A stretch of 44,647 nucleotides of DNA from an uncultured Nitrososphaerota archaeon (GTDB lineage: Archaea; Thermoproteota; EX4484-205; JAAOZP01). This document shows positions 19,666-29,195 of this stretch, one piece after another; the stretch's first letter is position 1; each line of letters starts with the position of its first letter. The stretch is taken from contig CAYQCW010000002.1 in the NCBI GenBank assembly GCA_964416155.1, positions 1-44,647 of the forward strand, given 5' to 3'. A program made the position numbers and the translations under genes. Below the pieces are notes generated by a model, which saw only the letters and a program-made list of their open reading frames with translations, did not search any database and was not told the DNA's origin.

Positions 19666-20496
19666 ATGGCTGATCTAAAGCTTGGAGTAATCGTCGGCCT
19701 AAAGCCAGACATGGAGGAAGAGTTTAAAAAACTAAATGAGTACGGGTTTCCAACCGCGCAGGTCTCCTGCTGGACGATGGAGTATTTCAACGGGGAGATG
19801 GCGACTATGCTGAGGAAAACCGCTGAGGACTACGGTGTTGAAATAACAACTATTTGGAGCGGGCTGCCAGGCACTCCCGTGTGGAATTTTGTTCAGGGAC
19901 CTTTAACCATAGGGCTGGTTCCACTTGAAACCAGGGAGGAGAGAGTGAAAGCGTTGAAAAAAGCTTCTGACTTCACTAGGAGGGTTAGGGTCGGAAGCCT
20001 GACCACTCACGTCGGCTTCATACCGGAGAACCCGAATGACCCTCACTACATTACTCTGATCCCGACTCTTAGGGAAGTGATAAGCTACATTGGGAGAAGC
20101 GGGCAGGAGTTCTGGTTTGAAACAGGCCAGGAAACCCCGGTGACGCTTCTTAGAACAATTCAGGACATTGGGCTTGACAATGTTGGGGTTAACTTTGACG
20201 CTGGGAACCTGGTTCTCTACGGTAAGGCGAACCCGGTGGACGCTTTAGACGTTATCGGGAAGTATGTTAAGGGGGTTCACGCGAAGGATGGGGAATACCC
20301 GAGAGACGGGTATGCTCTCGGACAGGAGAAACCTTTAGGGGAGGGGAAGGTGAACTACAAGGTCTTCATTCCTAAGCTGGTTTCAATCGGGTACAGGGGT
20401 GCGATAACGATTGAGAGGGAGATAACTGGGCCTAAGCAGGTTGAAGACATTCTGAAGGCGAAGAGAATACTTGAGGAGATTCTGAAAAACTGTTGA
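19666..20496 (+). CDS. Sugar phosphate isomerase/epimerase (AP_endonuc_2 TIM barrel)
   Basis: Motifs H.GFIPE, ETGQE, NFD..N, H.KDG and IERE. ATG 19666 follows GGTGGAGG. Confidence 0.88.
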   Translation: MADLKLGVIVGLKPDMEEEFKKLNEYGFPTAQVSCWTMEYFNGEMATMLRKTAEDYGVEITTIWSGLPGTPVWNFVQGPLTIGLVPLETREERVKALKKASDFTRRVRVGSLTTHVGFIPENPNDPHYITLIPTLREVISYIGRSGQEFWFETGQETPVTLLRTIQDIGLDNVGVNFDAGNLVLYGKANPVDALDVIGKYVKGVHAKDGEYPRDGYALGQEKPLGEGKVNYKVFIPKLVSIGYRGAITIEREITGPKQVEDILKAKRILEEILKNC

Positions 20497-20559
20497 ATCC
20501 TTCTCGACTCCCGAGGGTAAGGAAAAACTTATAAATTTCTCCGCAGAGGACTGGGGAAA

Positions 20560-20745
20560 ATGGTGCTGTTCGGAAAAAAGAAGAATGAGAAGACTAGGGC
20601 TGAGAAAATAGCGGAAGCGTTGCTGAACAAAATAGGTAAGGAGAAGCTGGACGACGAGGCGACTAAGCTATACTTCCAGGGTGTTCGAAGCTTCGACGAG
20701 CAGATGGAAATACTGGCTAACAAATACGAGATAAAAGTCGATTGA
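20560..20745 (+). CDS. Hypothetical small protein (61 aa)
   Basis: ATG start, upstream AAAAACTTATAAAT promoter-like element, charged helical composition. Confidence 0.55.
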   Translation: MVLFGKKKNEKTRAEKIAEALLNKIGKEKLDDEATKLYFQGVRSFDEQMEILANKYEIKVD

Positions 20746-20937
20746 AAAGAAGCCGTCTGGCAAAGCTATGGTTTCGAGAAGAGGAGGATGGTTGATGCTA
20801 GTTGCAGCAAGATTTTTAGCGTTGGTAAAAAATAATGATTCGTCGGATGTTTTTTCCGATATGTTAATCTTTTTTTCGCTGGAGAAGTTTGAAGAGGGTA
20901 AAACCCTTAAATACTGAAAATCAGTTTAAAACGTTGA

Positions 20938-21915
20938 ATGAAAGTCTCGTTAATTATTAGGAAAGACATTGAAAGAATTGTTTCAATGAGGGAATTAATG
21001 GGCGCCATGGAGGATGCTTTCAGGGCAAAGGCCACGGGGAGGATACGGATGCCGACTAAGGTTTACGTCACCCTACCGGATGGCGATTTCAGGACGATGA
21101 TGGCCTATATTCCTGATCTAGACATGGCGTGCGTGAAAATAGTTAATGTGCATCCGAATAACCCTGGGAAACACGGCTTACCCACAGTAATGGCGACAAT
21201 AATCCTAATAGAGCCCGATACTGGGAGGCCTCTGGCCATTATGGACGGCACCTGCTTAACCAGCATGAGGACAGGTGCAACTGGGGGCGTGGCAGCGAAG
21301 CATCTTGCAAGGAGAAATTCGAAATTAATCGGGATGGTTGGTGCAGGGTCTCAGGCGAGGACTCAGCTTCTCGCCTTAAACGAGGTTTTCAAGATAGAGG
21401 AGGTCAGGGTTTGCGCTAAGACGAGAACAGAGTGTGAAAGATTCGTGAAAGACATGCAACACCTCGGCCTAAAAATCCTGGTTAAAGAAGGCGTGGAGGA
21501 AACAGTGAGGGGCTGCGACATTATTGTGACGACCACGCCGGTAACCCGGCCCCTGGTTGAAGACGAATGGGTTGAAAAGGGTATGCATATTAACGCTATA
21601 GGCGCAGACGCCCCTGGAAAAGAGGAGCTGGACCCCCGGATTCTGAAGAGGGCGAAGGTTGTTGTGGATGATTATGAGCAGGCACGCCACTACGGGGAGC
21701 TGAACGTTCCGGTTTCAAAAGGCATTTTCAAGCCTGAGGAGATACATGCTGAACTCGGCGAGATCTTAATTGGGAGGAAGCCGGGGAGAGCCAGCGACGA
21801 AGAGATAACGGTGTTCGATTCAACCGGTTTAGCGATACAGGACTTGGCTGCTGCAGCCCTAGCGTACAGGAAGGCTTTTAGGCTCGGCATCACGAGCGAA
21901 GTCGAGCTCCTTTAG
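20938..21915 (+). CDS. ala: Archaeal alanine dehydrogenase (ornithine cyclodeaminase/mu-crystallin family)
   Basis: Motifs MP.K.Y, GDFR.M, K.VNVHP.N, T.MRTGA, NAIGAD.PGK.ELD and FDSTG.AIQD. Confidence 0.85.
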   Translation: MKVSLIIRKDIERIVSMRELMGAMEDAFRAKATGRIRMPTKVYVTLPDGDFRTMMAYIPDLDMACVKIVNVHPNNPGKHGLPTVMATIILIEPDTGRPLAIMDGTCLTSMRTGATGGVAAKHLARRNSKLIGMVGAGSQARTQLLALNEVFKIEEVRVCAKTRTECERFVKDMQHLGLKILVKEGVEETVRGCDIIVTTTPVTRPLVEDEWVEKGMHINAIGADAPGKEELDPRILKRAKVVVDDYEQARHYGELNVPVSKGIFKPEEIHAELGEILIGRKPGRASDEEITVFDSTGLAIQDLAAAALAYRKAFRLGITSEVELL

Positions 21916-22022
21916 ACAGTAGAACTTAAATTTGAAAACAAAATAAAAATTTGTGACATTAGTTTAAATGCTGTGAAGAAAGATTTATTTAAAGCTGGCC
22001 TTAGGGAAGAGCGGTGTTAGAA

Positions 22023-23060
22023 ATGGTGTTCCTACACTCTCTTCCCGAGCTGAGCGACGCGGAGACACGTTCAATTTCAGCTGAGAACCCTACTGGTGAA
22101 AAAGGCAGGGGTGCAACTGAGGTTCCGGACGAGAGAAGCCCGGCGTCAAGGCTTGGAAAAGGATGGAAGGTTAAGCCATGCATAACGCTGCCCAAGGGGG
22201 AGACAGTTAAGCTTGCAGACATTAGGGGGAGCGGTTTCATCCGCCACATTTGGCTAACCGTGGACGCTAAAGCATATAGGAACTGTGTGCTACGCTTCTA
22301 CTGGGATGGAGAGGAGAAGCCGTCGGTTGAAGTGCCTCTCGGAGACTTCTTCGCGAACTGCCACGGGTTAAGGTACAATGTTAACTCAATACCCGTCGCG
22401 GTCAATCCCTCTGGAGGGTTTAACTGTTATTTTCCAATGCCGTTCAGGAGAAGCGCGGCGATAACTGTTGAAAACCAGTGGATGGAGGATATAGGGGGGT
22501 TCTACTATCAGATCACCTATTCGCTGGAGGAGGTTAAGGATAAAATGGTTTATTTCCATGCTCAGTGGAGGCGTTCAATGACTACTAGGCAGAACCCGCA
22601 GCACACGATTCTCGACGGCGTCAGGGGGAGTGGGCACTACGTTGGAACCGTGTTAGCGTGGACGCAACTGTCAAACGGCTGGTGGGGAGAGGGAGAAATA
22701 AAGTTCTTCGTAGACGGCGACACTGAGCATCCGACTATCTGCGGAACAGGTACGGAGGACTATTTCGGGGGAGCATGGTGTTTCGGAGGCGAAACGTTTT
22801 CAACAGCCTTCCTAGGCTATCCTCTCTACAGGAGGGAGTCGGGGGAGGTTCCTAGGCACGCGCTCTACAGGTGGCACATACTAGACCCCATAAGGTTCAG
22901 GAGCGACCTGAAGGTGACTATTCAAGCCTTAGGATGGTATCCTGACCGTAAATTCCAGCCTCTTACTGACGATATTGCTTCCGTCGCATACTGGTATCAG
23001 ACTGAGCCCCACGCATCATTCCCGAGACTTCCTTCCGTGGAGGAACGCTGGTCAAGATAA
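22023..23060 (+). CDS. DUF2961 / GH172 family glycosidase
   Basis: Motifs RSISAENPTG, I.HIW.T, PSVE.PLGDFF, PMPF, WWGEGE and GTGTEDYF. Confidence 0.9.
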   Translation: MVFLHSLPELSDAETRSISAENPTGEKGRGATEVPDERSPASRLGKGWKVKPCITLPKGETVKLADIRGSGFIRHIWLTVDAKAYRNCVLRFYWDGEEKPSVEVPLGDFFANCHGLRYNVNSIPVAVNPSGGFNCYFPMPFRRSAAITVENQWMEDIGGFYYQITYSLEEVKDKMVYFHAQWRRSMTTRQNPQHTILDGVRGSGHYVGTVLAWTQLSNGWWGEGEIKFFVDGDTEHPTICGTGTEDYFGGAWCFGGETFSTAFLGYPLYRRESGEVPRHALYRWHILDPIRFRSDLKVTIQALGWYPDRKFQPLTDDIASVAYWYQTEPHASFPRLPSVEERWSR

Positions 23061-23125
23061 GGCCTCGCCACGCGAACCGTGGACTGTGAAAACCTTCATT
23101 TTTTTAAAAAAAACAAATAGATACT

Positions 23126-23410
23126 TTATTTTCCAGTTATTTCTTCAACTTCCTTCCTGCCTTTCTCCAGCTCCAGAGCCTGCTGCCTGTCTATTTTCAG
23201 TAGGAGGGCTTGGAATTCTCCTACGTGAGTCTTCTCCTCCTTAGCTATGTCCAGCAGAACCTTCTTTATGTCCTGGTTGCCAACAGACTGGGCAAGCTGC
23301 TCGTAAAGGCTTACCGCGTCTAGTTCAGCTATTATTGCTACACGGAGAACCTGCTTATCGATCTCTTTTTCCCCAACCCTCCCTAAATCTACAGGAACCT
23401 TTGAAATCAT
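23126..23410 (-). CDS. Short ferritin-like protein (encapsulated-ferritin/rubrerythrin-like)
   Basis: Motifs LR.AIIAELDA.SLYEQ and D.AKEEKTHVGEF. Confidence 0.85.
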   Translation of the reverse strand: MISKVPVDLGRVGEKEIDKQVLRVAIIAELDAVSLYEQLAQSVGNQDIKKVLLDIAKEEKTHVGEFQALLLKIDRQQALELEKGRKEVEEITGK

Positions 23411-23490
23411 CTTAATCCTATTGAGCAGCGGTTTCTTTTAAGTCTTTACGAGAAAAATCTAAAGATTGGAAACGTTAATGTTTTAAACAC

Positions 23491-23665
23491 CTATTTCAAC
23501 AGATATTTAGCTACCCATTCTATCATTTTCTCTTTATGCACGCCGGGGCATTCATGACCCATCCCAGGGTAGACTGCAAGCTTCTCGGTAGAACCAGTAT
23601 AGACTCCAACTACTTGTTTCATTTTACTATTTCCTCCATACCAGCTATCGGGTTACATCTCATCT
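23491..23665 (-). pseudogene. Alpha/beta-hydrolase C-terminal remnant
   Basis: Manual translation ...KLAVYPGMGHEC...KMIEWVAKYLLK* (23491-23622), with an upstream out-of-frame DE..PIAGMEEIV. Confidence 0.45.
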
Positions 23666-23745
23666 TAACCGACTCGACGCTAGTGCCCCGTACTTCTATT
23701 TCATCCCTTAACTAGGAAGTTTTGGGAGAAGAATGTTTAAATGGA

Positions 23746-24390
23746 TCATCTGAGCATAATCCTTTCCCCGGTAACAATGTAAACTATTGACTCCCCTATG
23801 TACGTTGCGTGGTCGGCTATTCTCTCGAGATACCTTACCACTAGAACGCTGGAGATTATACACTTGGTTACGGCTGATGTTTCACCAATCAGCTCATCCA
23901 GGAACTTAAAATACATCTCGTCAACTTGTTTTTCTAATTCGGAGAGAGTTTTAGCCATTTTTACATCACGAGTCTCAAGCATATCCACGCTTATTTGGAT
24001 CATCTTTAACACTTTCGCCGCCATATCCTTAACATGGTCTCTAATCCAGTCTTCACAAAGCCCCAATCCATCAAGCTTTTCGTAGATCTGCGATATGTCT
24101 AGTGCATACCTACCGTATCTGGCTAAGTTGTACGATATTTTCATGTATGATTTTAAAAGCCGCAGGTCTGATGCAACCGGTTGAAACCTTGCAATCAGCT
24201 CGAAAACCTTGTCTTCAACCTTGTCAGATGTTGAAACCAAAATATCGGATGTTTTTTGAACTTTCGAGTAGGTGCTTACCCCATTAACATATCCTTCAAG
24301 AGATATGGAGATTGCTTCGTGAGCAAGATCGTCCATTCGAATAAGCATACTTCTAACCTGCTCCAAACCTGAGTCAATAAGTCTAGCCAT
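23746..24390 (-). CDS. phoU: Phosphate uptake regulator PhoU
   Basis: Motifs QPVASDLR and RYLERIADHA.YI; last gene of the pst operon. Confidence 0.92.
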   Translation of the reverse strand: MARLIDSGLEQVRSMLIRMDDLAHEAISISLEGYVNGVSTYSKVQKTSDILVSTSDKVEDKVFELIARFQPVASDLRLLKSYMKISYNLARYGRYALDISQIYEKLDGLGLCEDWIRDHVKDMAAKVLKMIQISVDMLETRDVKMAKTLSELEKQVDEMYFKFLDELIGETSAVTKCIISSVLVVRYLERIADHATYIGESIVYIVTGERIMLR

Positions 24391-24400
24391 TTTTTACCAC

Positions 24401-25153
24401 CTATCCAAAGCCTCCAGTTATATATTTCTCGGTCAATTCATTCCTCGGATTCTCGAAAATCTGTCTAGTGGGCCCGTACTCTATCAATTCCCCCAGATAA
24501 AGGAAAGCAGCGTGATCCGAGACGCGCGCAGCTTGGTGAACGTTGTGAGTGACTAATATAACAGTGTATTTTTCAGAGAGTTTCTGCATCAACGTTTCTA
24601 TCTTTGCAGTAGCAATTGGGTCGAGAGCGCTGCATGGCTCGTCTAGAAGTATAATTTCCGGATTGACTGCAAGAGCTCTCGCGATGCAAAGCCTCTGCTG
24701 CTGTCCACCTGAAAGAGTAAACGCACTATCGTTTAATCTATCCTTAACTTCATCCCAAAGTGCAGCCTCTTCAAGGCTCCTTTTCACGATCTCAGTAATA
24801 TTACTCCCACTTGCCATACGGTGAATCTTAACCCCGTAGGCAACGTTTTCAAATATTGTTTTCGGAAGCGGGTTTGGCTTTTGAAACACCATTCCAACCC
24901 TTCTCCTTAATTCATACACGTTTGTGTTTTCATCATAAATGTTTTGACCATCGATATATACTTCACCTTTAGTGCGGCACCCACCGATGATTTCGTTCAT
25001 CCTGTTAATTGCCCTTAACAAAGTGCTTTTTCCACACCCTGATGGACCCATTATGGCTGTTACAGTATTTTCCTTAATTTTAAGGCTTACGTTTTTCAAC
25101 GCGTGATTGTTTTTAAACCACACGTTTAAATTTCTTATTTCTACCTTAACCAC
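24401..25153 (-). CDS. pstB: Phosphate ABC transporter ATPase
   Basis: Motifs [29 protein letters not shown] and DEPCSALDP. Confidence 0.96.
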   Translation of the reverse strand: MVKVEIRNLNVWFKNNHALKNVSLKIKENTVTAIMGPSGCGKSTLLRAINRMNEIIGGCRTKGEVYIDGQNIYDENTNVYELRRRVGMVFQKPNPLPKTIFENVAYGVKIHRMASGSNITEIVKRSLEEAALWDEVKDRLNDSAFTLSGGQQQRLCIARALAVNPEIILLDEPCSALDPIATAKIETLMQKLSEKYTVILVTHNVHQAARVSDHAAFLYLGELIEYGPTRQIFENPRNELTEKYITGGFG

Positions 25154-25974
25154 GGTTGTTTCCTCCTATAGTAGACTCTGTAGACTATGGCTGCGACAGC
25201 TATTGAGACGACGATCAAGAAAAGAACTATGGCTATCCCGAAGACCCTAACGGGAGACTCTCCTAAGACAGTAATTTTTACGAAAAGGTTGAAAGCCAAG
25301 GCCATTATAGGCTCCAATGGCGATTTGGGTAAACCTCTAGTTACTAAAACACATGATGTAAAAAGTATGGCTGCAGTTTCTCCAGCTACTCTTGCCATCC
25401 CTAAGAGAACGCTGGTAATAATTCCAGGGGCTGCGGCGGGAATGACCACGGAGCGTATAGCCTTCCATTTGGACGAGCCCAGTGCTAAAGCAGCCTCTCT
25501 AAAGGCGTTTGGAACCATTTTAAGTGCTTCCTCCGTCCCCCTAACTATTATCGGGAGCATCATCAACATCAAGGTTAACCATCCAGCTGCCAAGGATATC
25601 CCAAGCCCAAGCAACCTTGAAAAAAACGTGTACCCAAACAATCCTATAACAATCGATGGTACTCCCGCCATATTGTTGAATGCCTGATCAATAATACGTG
25701 TAAACCTTCCTCGAGACGAGTATTCCACGAGATATATTGCTGCCAAAACACCGATTGGGGCGGTTACTCCAACCGCGCCTATCAGTAAATAAAGAGTTCC
25801 GACCACCATTTCAAAAATTCCACCCTGCAAAACGCTTGTAGTTAAAAGTTCCCATCTGAGAGTGCTGATGCCTGTTGAAAGAACTAGGATTATCCAAAAC
25901 AGTGCAGCCAAGCATATTAATACAGGTATTCCAAGAACCGTGAAAAAGACTTTTTCTTTAATCTTGCTCGTCAT
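25141..25974 (-). CDS. pstA: Phosphate ABC transporter permease
   Basis: Motifs GVPSIV.GLFG, EAALALG and ARVAGETA. Confidence 0.95.
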   Translation of the reverse strand: MTSKIKEKVFFTVLGIPVLICLAALFWIILVLSTGISTLRWELLTTSVLQGGIFEMVVGTLYLLIGAVGVTAPIGVLAAIYLVEYSSRGRFTRIIDQAFNNMAGVPSIVIGLFGYTFFSRLLGLGISLAAGWLTLMLMMLPIIVRGTEEALKMVPNAFREAALALGSSKWKAIRSVVIPAAAPGIITSVLLGMARVAGETAAILFTSCVLVTRGLPKSPLEPIMALAFNLFVKITVLGESPVRVFGIAIVLFLIVVSIAVAAIVYRVYYRRKQPWLR

Positions 25975-26888
25975 TTTATACCACCTTTAAATTTTGATTC
26001 TCTCATAACTATTACGTCCGCTAACGTGTTTACAATAAACGTTATTGCGAACAAGATTAACCCTAGGCCGAATAAGGCACTGTATTCAAGGCTTCCTACA
26101 GCAGCCTCTCCCATTTGCATAGCTATGACGGCAGTAATCGGGTATACTGGTGACAGAAAGTTCCAAGGTGGTTCTGGGATTACTGCTACGTTTCCTACAA
26201 CCATCAGCACTGCCACTGTCTCGCCTATTGCTCTTCCAAATCCTAGCATGATGCTTGCAATTATTCCGGATTTAGAAACCGGTATTACCACGGTTTTTAT
26301 CGTCTGCAGTTTTGTCGCGCCAAGCGCTAAAGCGGCTTCCCTATACTCCTTTGGGACTGCAGATATGATTTCACCCGAAACTCCAATGATAGTTGGAATA
26401 GACATTATTGCAAGCAGTATAGAGGCGGTGAGCGCTACTGTTCCGGTGGGTATCCCGAAGAAAGAGGCCACTTGTGGGGCTAAGAAGACAATTCCAATAA
26501 AGCCATATATTATTGACGGGATAGAGGCAAGGAGTTCAAGCAATGATTTAACTAAATCCCTAAATGTAAATGGCAGAACCTCCACTATGAATATTGATGT
26601 AGCGACCCCAAGAGGAACCGCTATGACTAGAGCAGCAGACACCACCATTAAGGAGCCGTATATCAACGGAAAAGCACCGTAAAGGCCCGCGTTAGTTTCC
26701 CAAATCTTGCCGATTATGAAATCTATTCCGAACGTAAAGAAGGCTTGCGCGCCTTCTCTGACTAGGAACATCAACATTAATAAAATGAAAAGTATTGAAG
26801 ACGATGCGCATAGAAAGAGGATAACAACTATAGGCTCCTCTCTAACGGTTTTAAGAAGAAATTTCACCTTATGTGTTAGAGGGTTCAT
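25971..26888 (-). CDS. pstC: Phosphate ABC transporter permease
   Basis: Motifs IPSIIYG and GRAIGET.AV.MV.GN. Confidence 0.95.
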   Translation of the reverse strand: MNPLTHKVKFLLKTVREEPIVVILFLCASSSILFILLMLMFLVREGAQAFFTFGIDFIIGKIWETNAGLYGAFPLIYGSLMVVSAALVIAVPLGVATSIFIVEVLPFTFRDLVKSLLELLASIPSIIYGFIGIVFLAPQVASFFGIPTGTVALTASILLAIMSIPTIIGVSGEIISAVPKEYREAALALGATKLQTIKTVVIPVSKSGIIASIMLGFGRAIGETVAVLMVVGNVAVIPEPPWNFLSPVYPITAVIAMQMGEAAVGSLEYSALFGLGLILFAITFIVNTLADVIVMRESKFKGGIK

Positions 26889-26911
26889 GATTCAGCCTCA
26901 TCTACTTTACA

Positions 26912-27871
26912 TTACGGAACGGGAAACACGTAGGGAAGCTTTAAGTGGCCGTTTGCCTCAACTATTCTTTGTCCCTCTTCACTTCTTACGAAGTCTATAA
27001 ACCTGTCGACTAGAGAACCACTCTTCGGCTGTCCGTTTGTAATAAGATATAGGTATCTTGAAACCGGGTAGTCCCCCTTAACAATAGAAGCAGTCGTCGG
27101 ATAGACGTATGGTTTTCCAGGCTCCTTAGCTAAGGATACAGCATGCATTTTTTCGCTTAGAAAGCCGAAGCCAACATAGCCTATTGAGTAGGGCGTGGTT
27201 TCAACCTTTGTTCTCACAGCGGGGTTACTCGGCTGCACACTTGCACGCACCGTCACGTTATATTTCCAGGGGTGCATCACGTATTCTTCGAAGGTGCCTC
27301 TTGTGCCTGATCCTGGCTCCCTAACAATTACAACTATCTCCCTGCGCGGCAATCCCTGTTTAACCTCATCCCAGTAAGTATATATTCCGGCGAAAATCTT
27401 GCCTACTTCTTGAAGAGTAAGGCTTAACGGATAGCTGGAGTTCGCTACCGAGGGGTGAACAACCACGACTACAGCATCCAGGGCTATCGGATGCAGCCAT
27501 AGGTCAACTCCCTTGTTTTTAGCGTTATCTATTTCAGTGCTTCTCGGGTCTCTCGAAGTCATCCCAATGTCGACCACACCATCTATGATGTTGCTGAAAC
27601 CAACTCCAGAACCACCGCCTTGAACAGTTATGGTGATTCCCGGATACTTGTTCATCAAACTAATGGCACAAGCGTTAGCTATCGGTAATACTGTTGTAGA
27701 ACCTGAAATGGTTATACGGGCGCTTCGCCAAGCATAATCTTCTTCAAATTCTTTCAGGGCGGCTTCCAATTCCTGTAATCTAGCTCCTTGTGTAACATTG
27801 TTCACGTAGTATCCTATAACGAGGCCTATTACTGCTATTATAGCCATCATCCCTATCGTTTTACCTTTCAT
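26912..27871 (-). CDS. pstS: Phosphate ABC transporter substrate-binding protein
   Basis: N-terminal TM helix; motifs SGSTTV.P, GGGSG.G and RE.GSGTR. Confidence 0.95.
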   Translation of the reverse strand: MKGKTIGMMAIIAVIGLVIGYYVNNVTQGARLQELEAALKEFEEDYAWRSARITISGSTTVLPIANACAISLMNKYPGITITVQGGGSGVGFSNIIDGVVDIGMTSRDPRSTEIDNAKNKGVDLWLHPIALDAVVVVVHPSVANSSYPLSLTLQEVGKIFAGIYTYWDEVKQGLPRREIVVIVREPGSGTRGTFEEYVMHPWKYNVTVRASVQPSNPAVRTKVETTPYSIGYVGFGFLSEKMHAVSLAKEPGKPYVYPTTASIVKGDYPVSRYLYLITNGQPKSGSLVDRFIDFVRSEEGQRIVEANGHLKLPYVFPVP

Positions 27872-27902
27872 CTTTCATCCTCCTCCGGCGCGAAGGAGAA
27901 AG

Positions 27903-27957
27903 CCATATATATACCTTATCCAAATAGAAAATATATTAGCAAATGATCTATATAGAT
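27903..27957. promoter_or_regulatory. AT-rich divergent promoter region with palindrome ATCTATATAGAT
   Basis: Between divergent pstS and the AbrB-PhoU gene. Perfect 12-bp palindrome at 27946-27957 plus two further ATATAT tracts. Confidence 0.45.
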
Positions 27958-27974
27958 GAGGTGGGGATCGATTA

Positions 27975-29018
27975 ATGGAAGAAGCCTCTCGTCGAGAAGA
28001 GATAAGGAAGATTCAATTGACTGGTAAATCAACGTATATAGTGTCTCTGCCCAAGAGCTGGGTAACTAAAATGGGGCTGAACGCAGGGGATCAGCTTGCA
28101 ATCTCTGAAAGCAATTTTTCGCTTGTTCTGACTCCCAAGGGACTCGTTAAGCCAGAGGGATCCGAAGAAGTAGCTATCAAAATATCACAGAGAGATGATC
28201 CGGATACGACGATACGTAAAATAATTGCACTCTACCTGCAGGGTTACAATCTAATCAGAGTAAAAACAGCGGGTGAAAACATAACCTCTCTTCAAAGAAA
28301 CCTGATTAAGGATCTCACGAGAAGAAAGCTAGTGGGGGTTGAAATAGTTTCAGATTCTGAAAACGAGATAGTACTGCAAGTACTTGTTAGCTACCCTGAG
28401 CTTTCTGTGGAGAATGCTTTGAGACGAATGTGTCTTATAACTGTCTCCATGCATAGTGACGCGTTGCAAGCCTTAAGGGAGTCTAACGAGAAGCTTGCTA
28501 GAGACGTTATCGCATTAGACGATGAGGTTGACCGTTTCAGCCTTTACGTGATACGGCAGTTAAAGATGGCTGTGCAGAATGAGCAGATACTTAGGGAAAT
28601 AGGTCTCTCTAATCTTAAGGACTGCCTAGGTTACCGAGTAATAGTGAAATTCGTAGAGAGGATAGCTGATCACGCGGTTAAGATAGCTGAAAACGCTATT
28701 TCAATAAGTGGAAGCATCGACCCTCCTATTTTGAAAAGAATATCTGAAATGAGTATTTTCTCGATAACGGTTTTCAACGACGCTGTAAAATCATTGTATG
28801 AGAAAAACTACTTATTGGCTGACAGCGTGGTCTCGAAGGCGAAAACAATATTGCCTGTGGAAAGCGAGCTCATGAGGCTCATCTCTGGAAGAGCAGATGC
28901 CGCCAAAATATCCAGTTTAAGAATGATTATAGAGAGCATAAGGAGAACAATGGAGTATGCTGGCGATATTGCTGAAATTGTTTTAAACTTGAACGCGAAA
29001 CAAGTAGTAGAAGCCTAA
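27975..29018 (+). CDS. Archaeal phosphate uptake regulator (AbrB N-terminus plus PhoU repeats)
   Basis: AbrB motif RKIQ.TG.STY.VSLPK.W; DDEVDR and ERIADHA. Confidence 0.92.
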   Translation: MEEASRREEIRKIQLTGKSTYIVSLPKSWVTKMGLNAGDQLAISESNFSLVLTPKGLVKPEGSEEVAIKISQRDDPDTTIRKIIALYLQGYNLIRVKTAGENITSLQRNLIKDLTRRKLVGVEIVSDSENEIVLQVLVSYPELSVENALRRMCLITVSMHSDALQALRESNEKLARDVIALDDEVDRFSLYVIRQLKMAVQNEQILREIGLSNLKDCLGYRVIVKFVERIADHAVKIAENAISISGSIDPPILKRISEMSIFSITVFNDAVKSLYEKNYLLADSVVSKAKTILPVESELMRLISGRADAAKISSLRMIIESIRRTMEYAGDIAEIVLNLNAKQVVEA

Positions 29019-29195
29019 TGTTTTTATAAAAACGCAAGTTTAAACTAGTAGATATGATTACGCCAACACCTTTGGCGAGTCACGACAATTTTTAGCATGT
29101 CCAGTAACGCCTATCACAGGCTTACCCTGCTTAGCTTAAAAATCCAATTTAAGTTTAAATATTATTCGGTAAAATTTATTTTCGAGGCAGGTGAA

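Noticed and set aside
8676-26752. GCGCGC hexamers inside CDS (8676, 24524, 26747) as palindrome copies
   Set aside because: Only 6-7 nt cores without both TA flanks, inside intact genes; consistent with chance.
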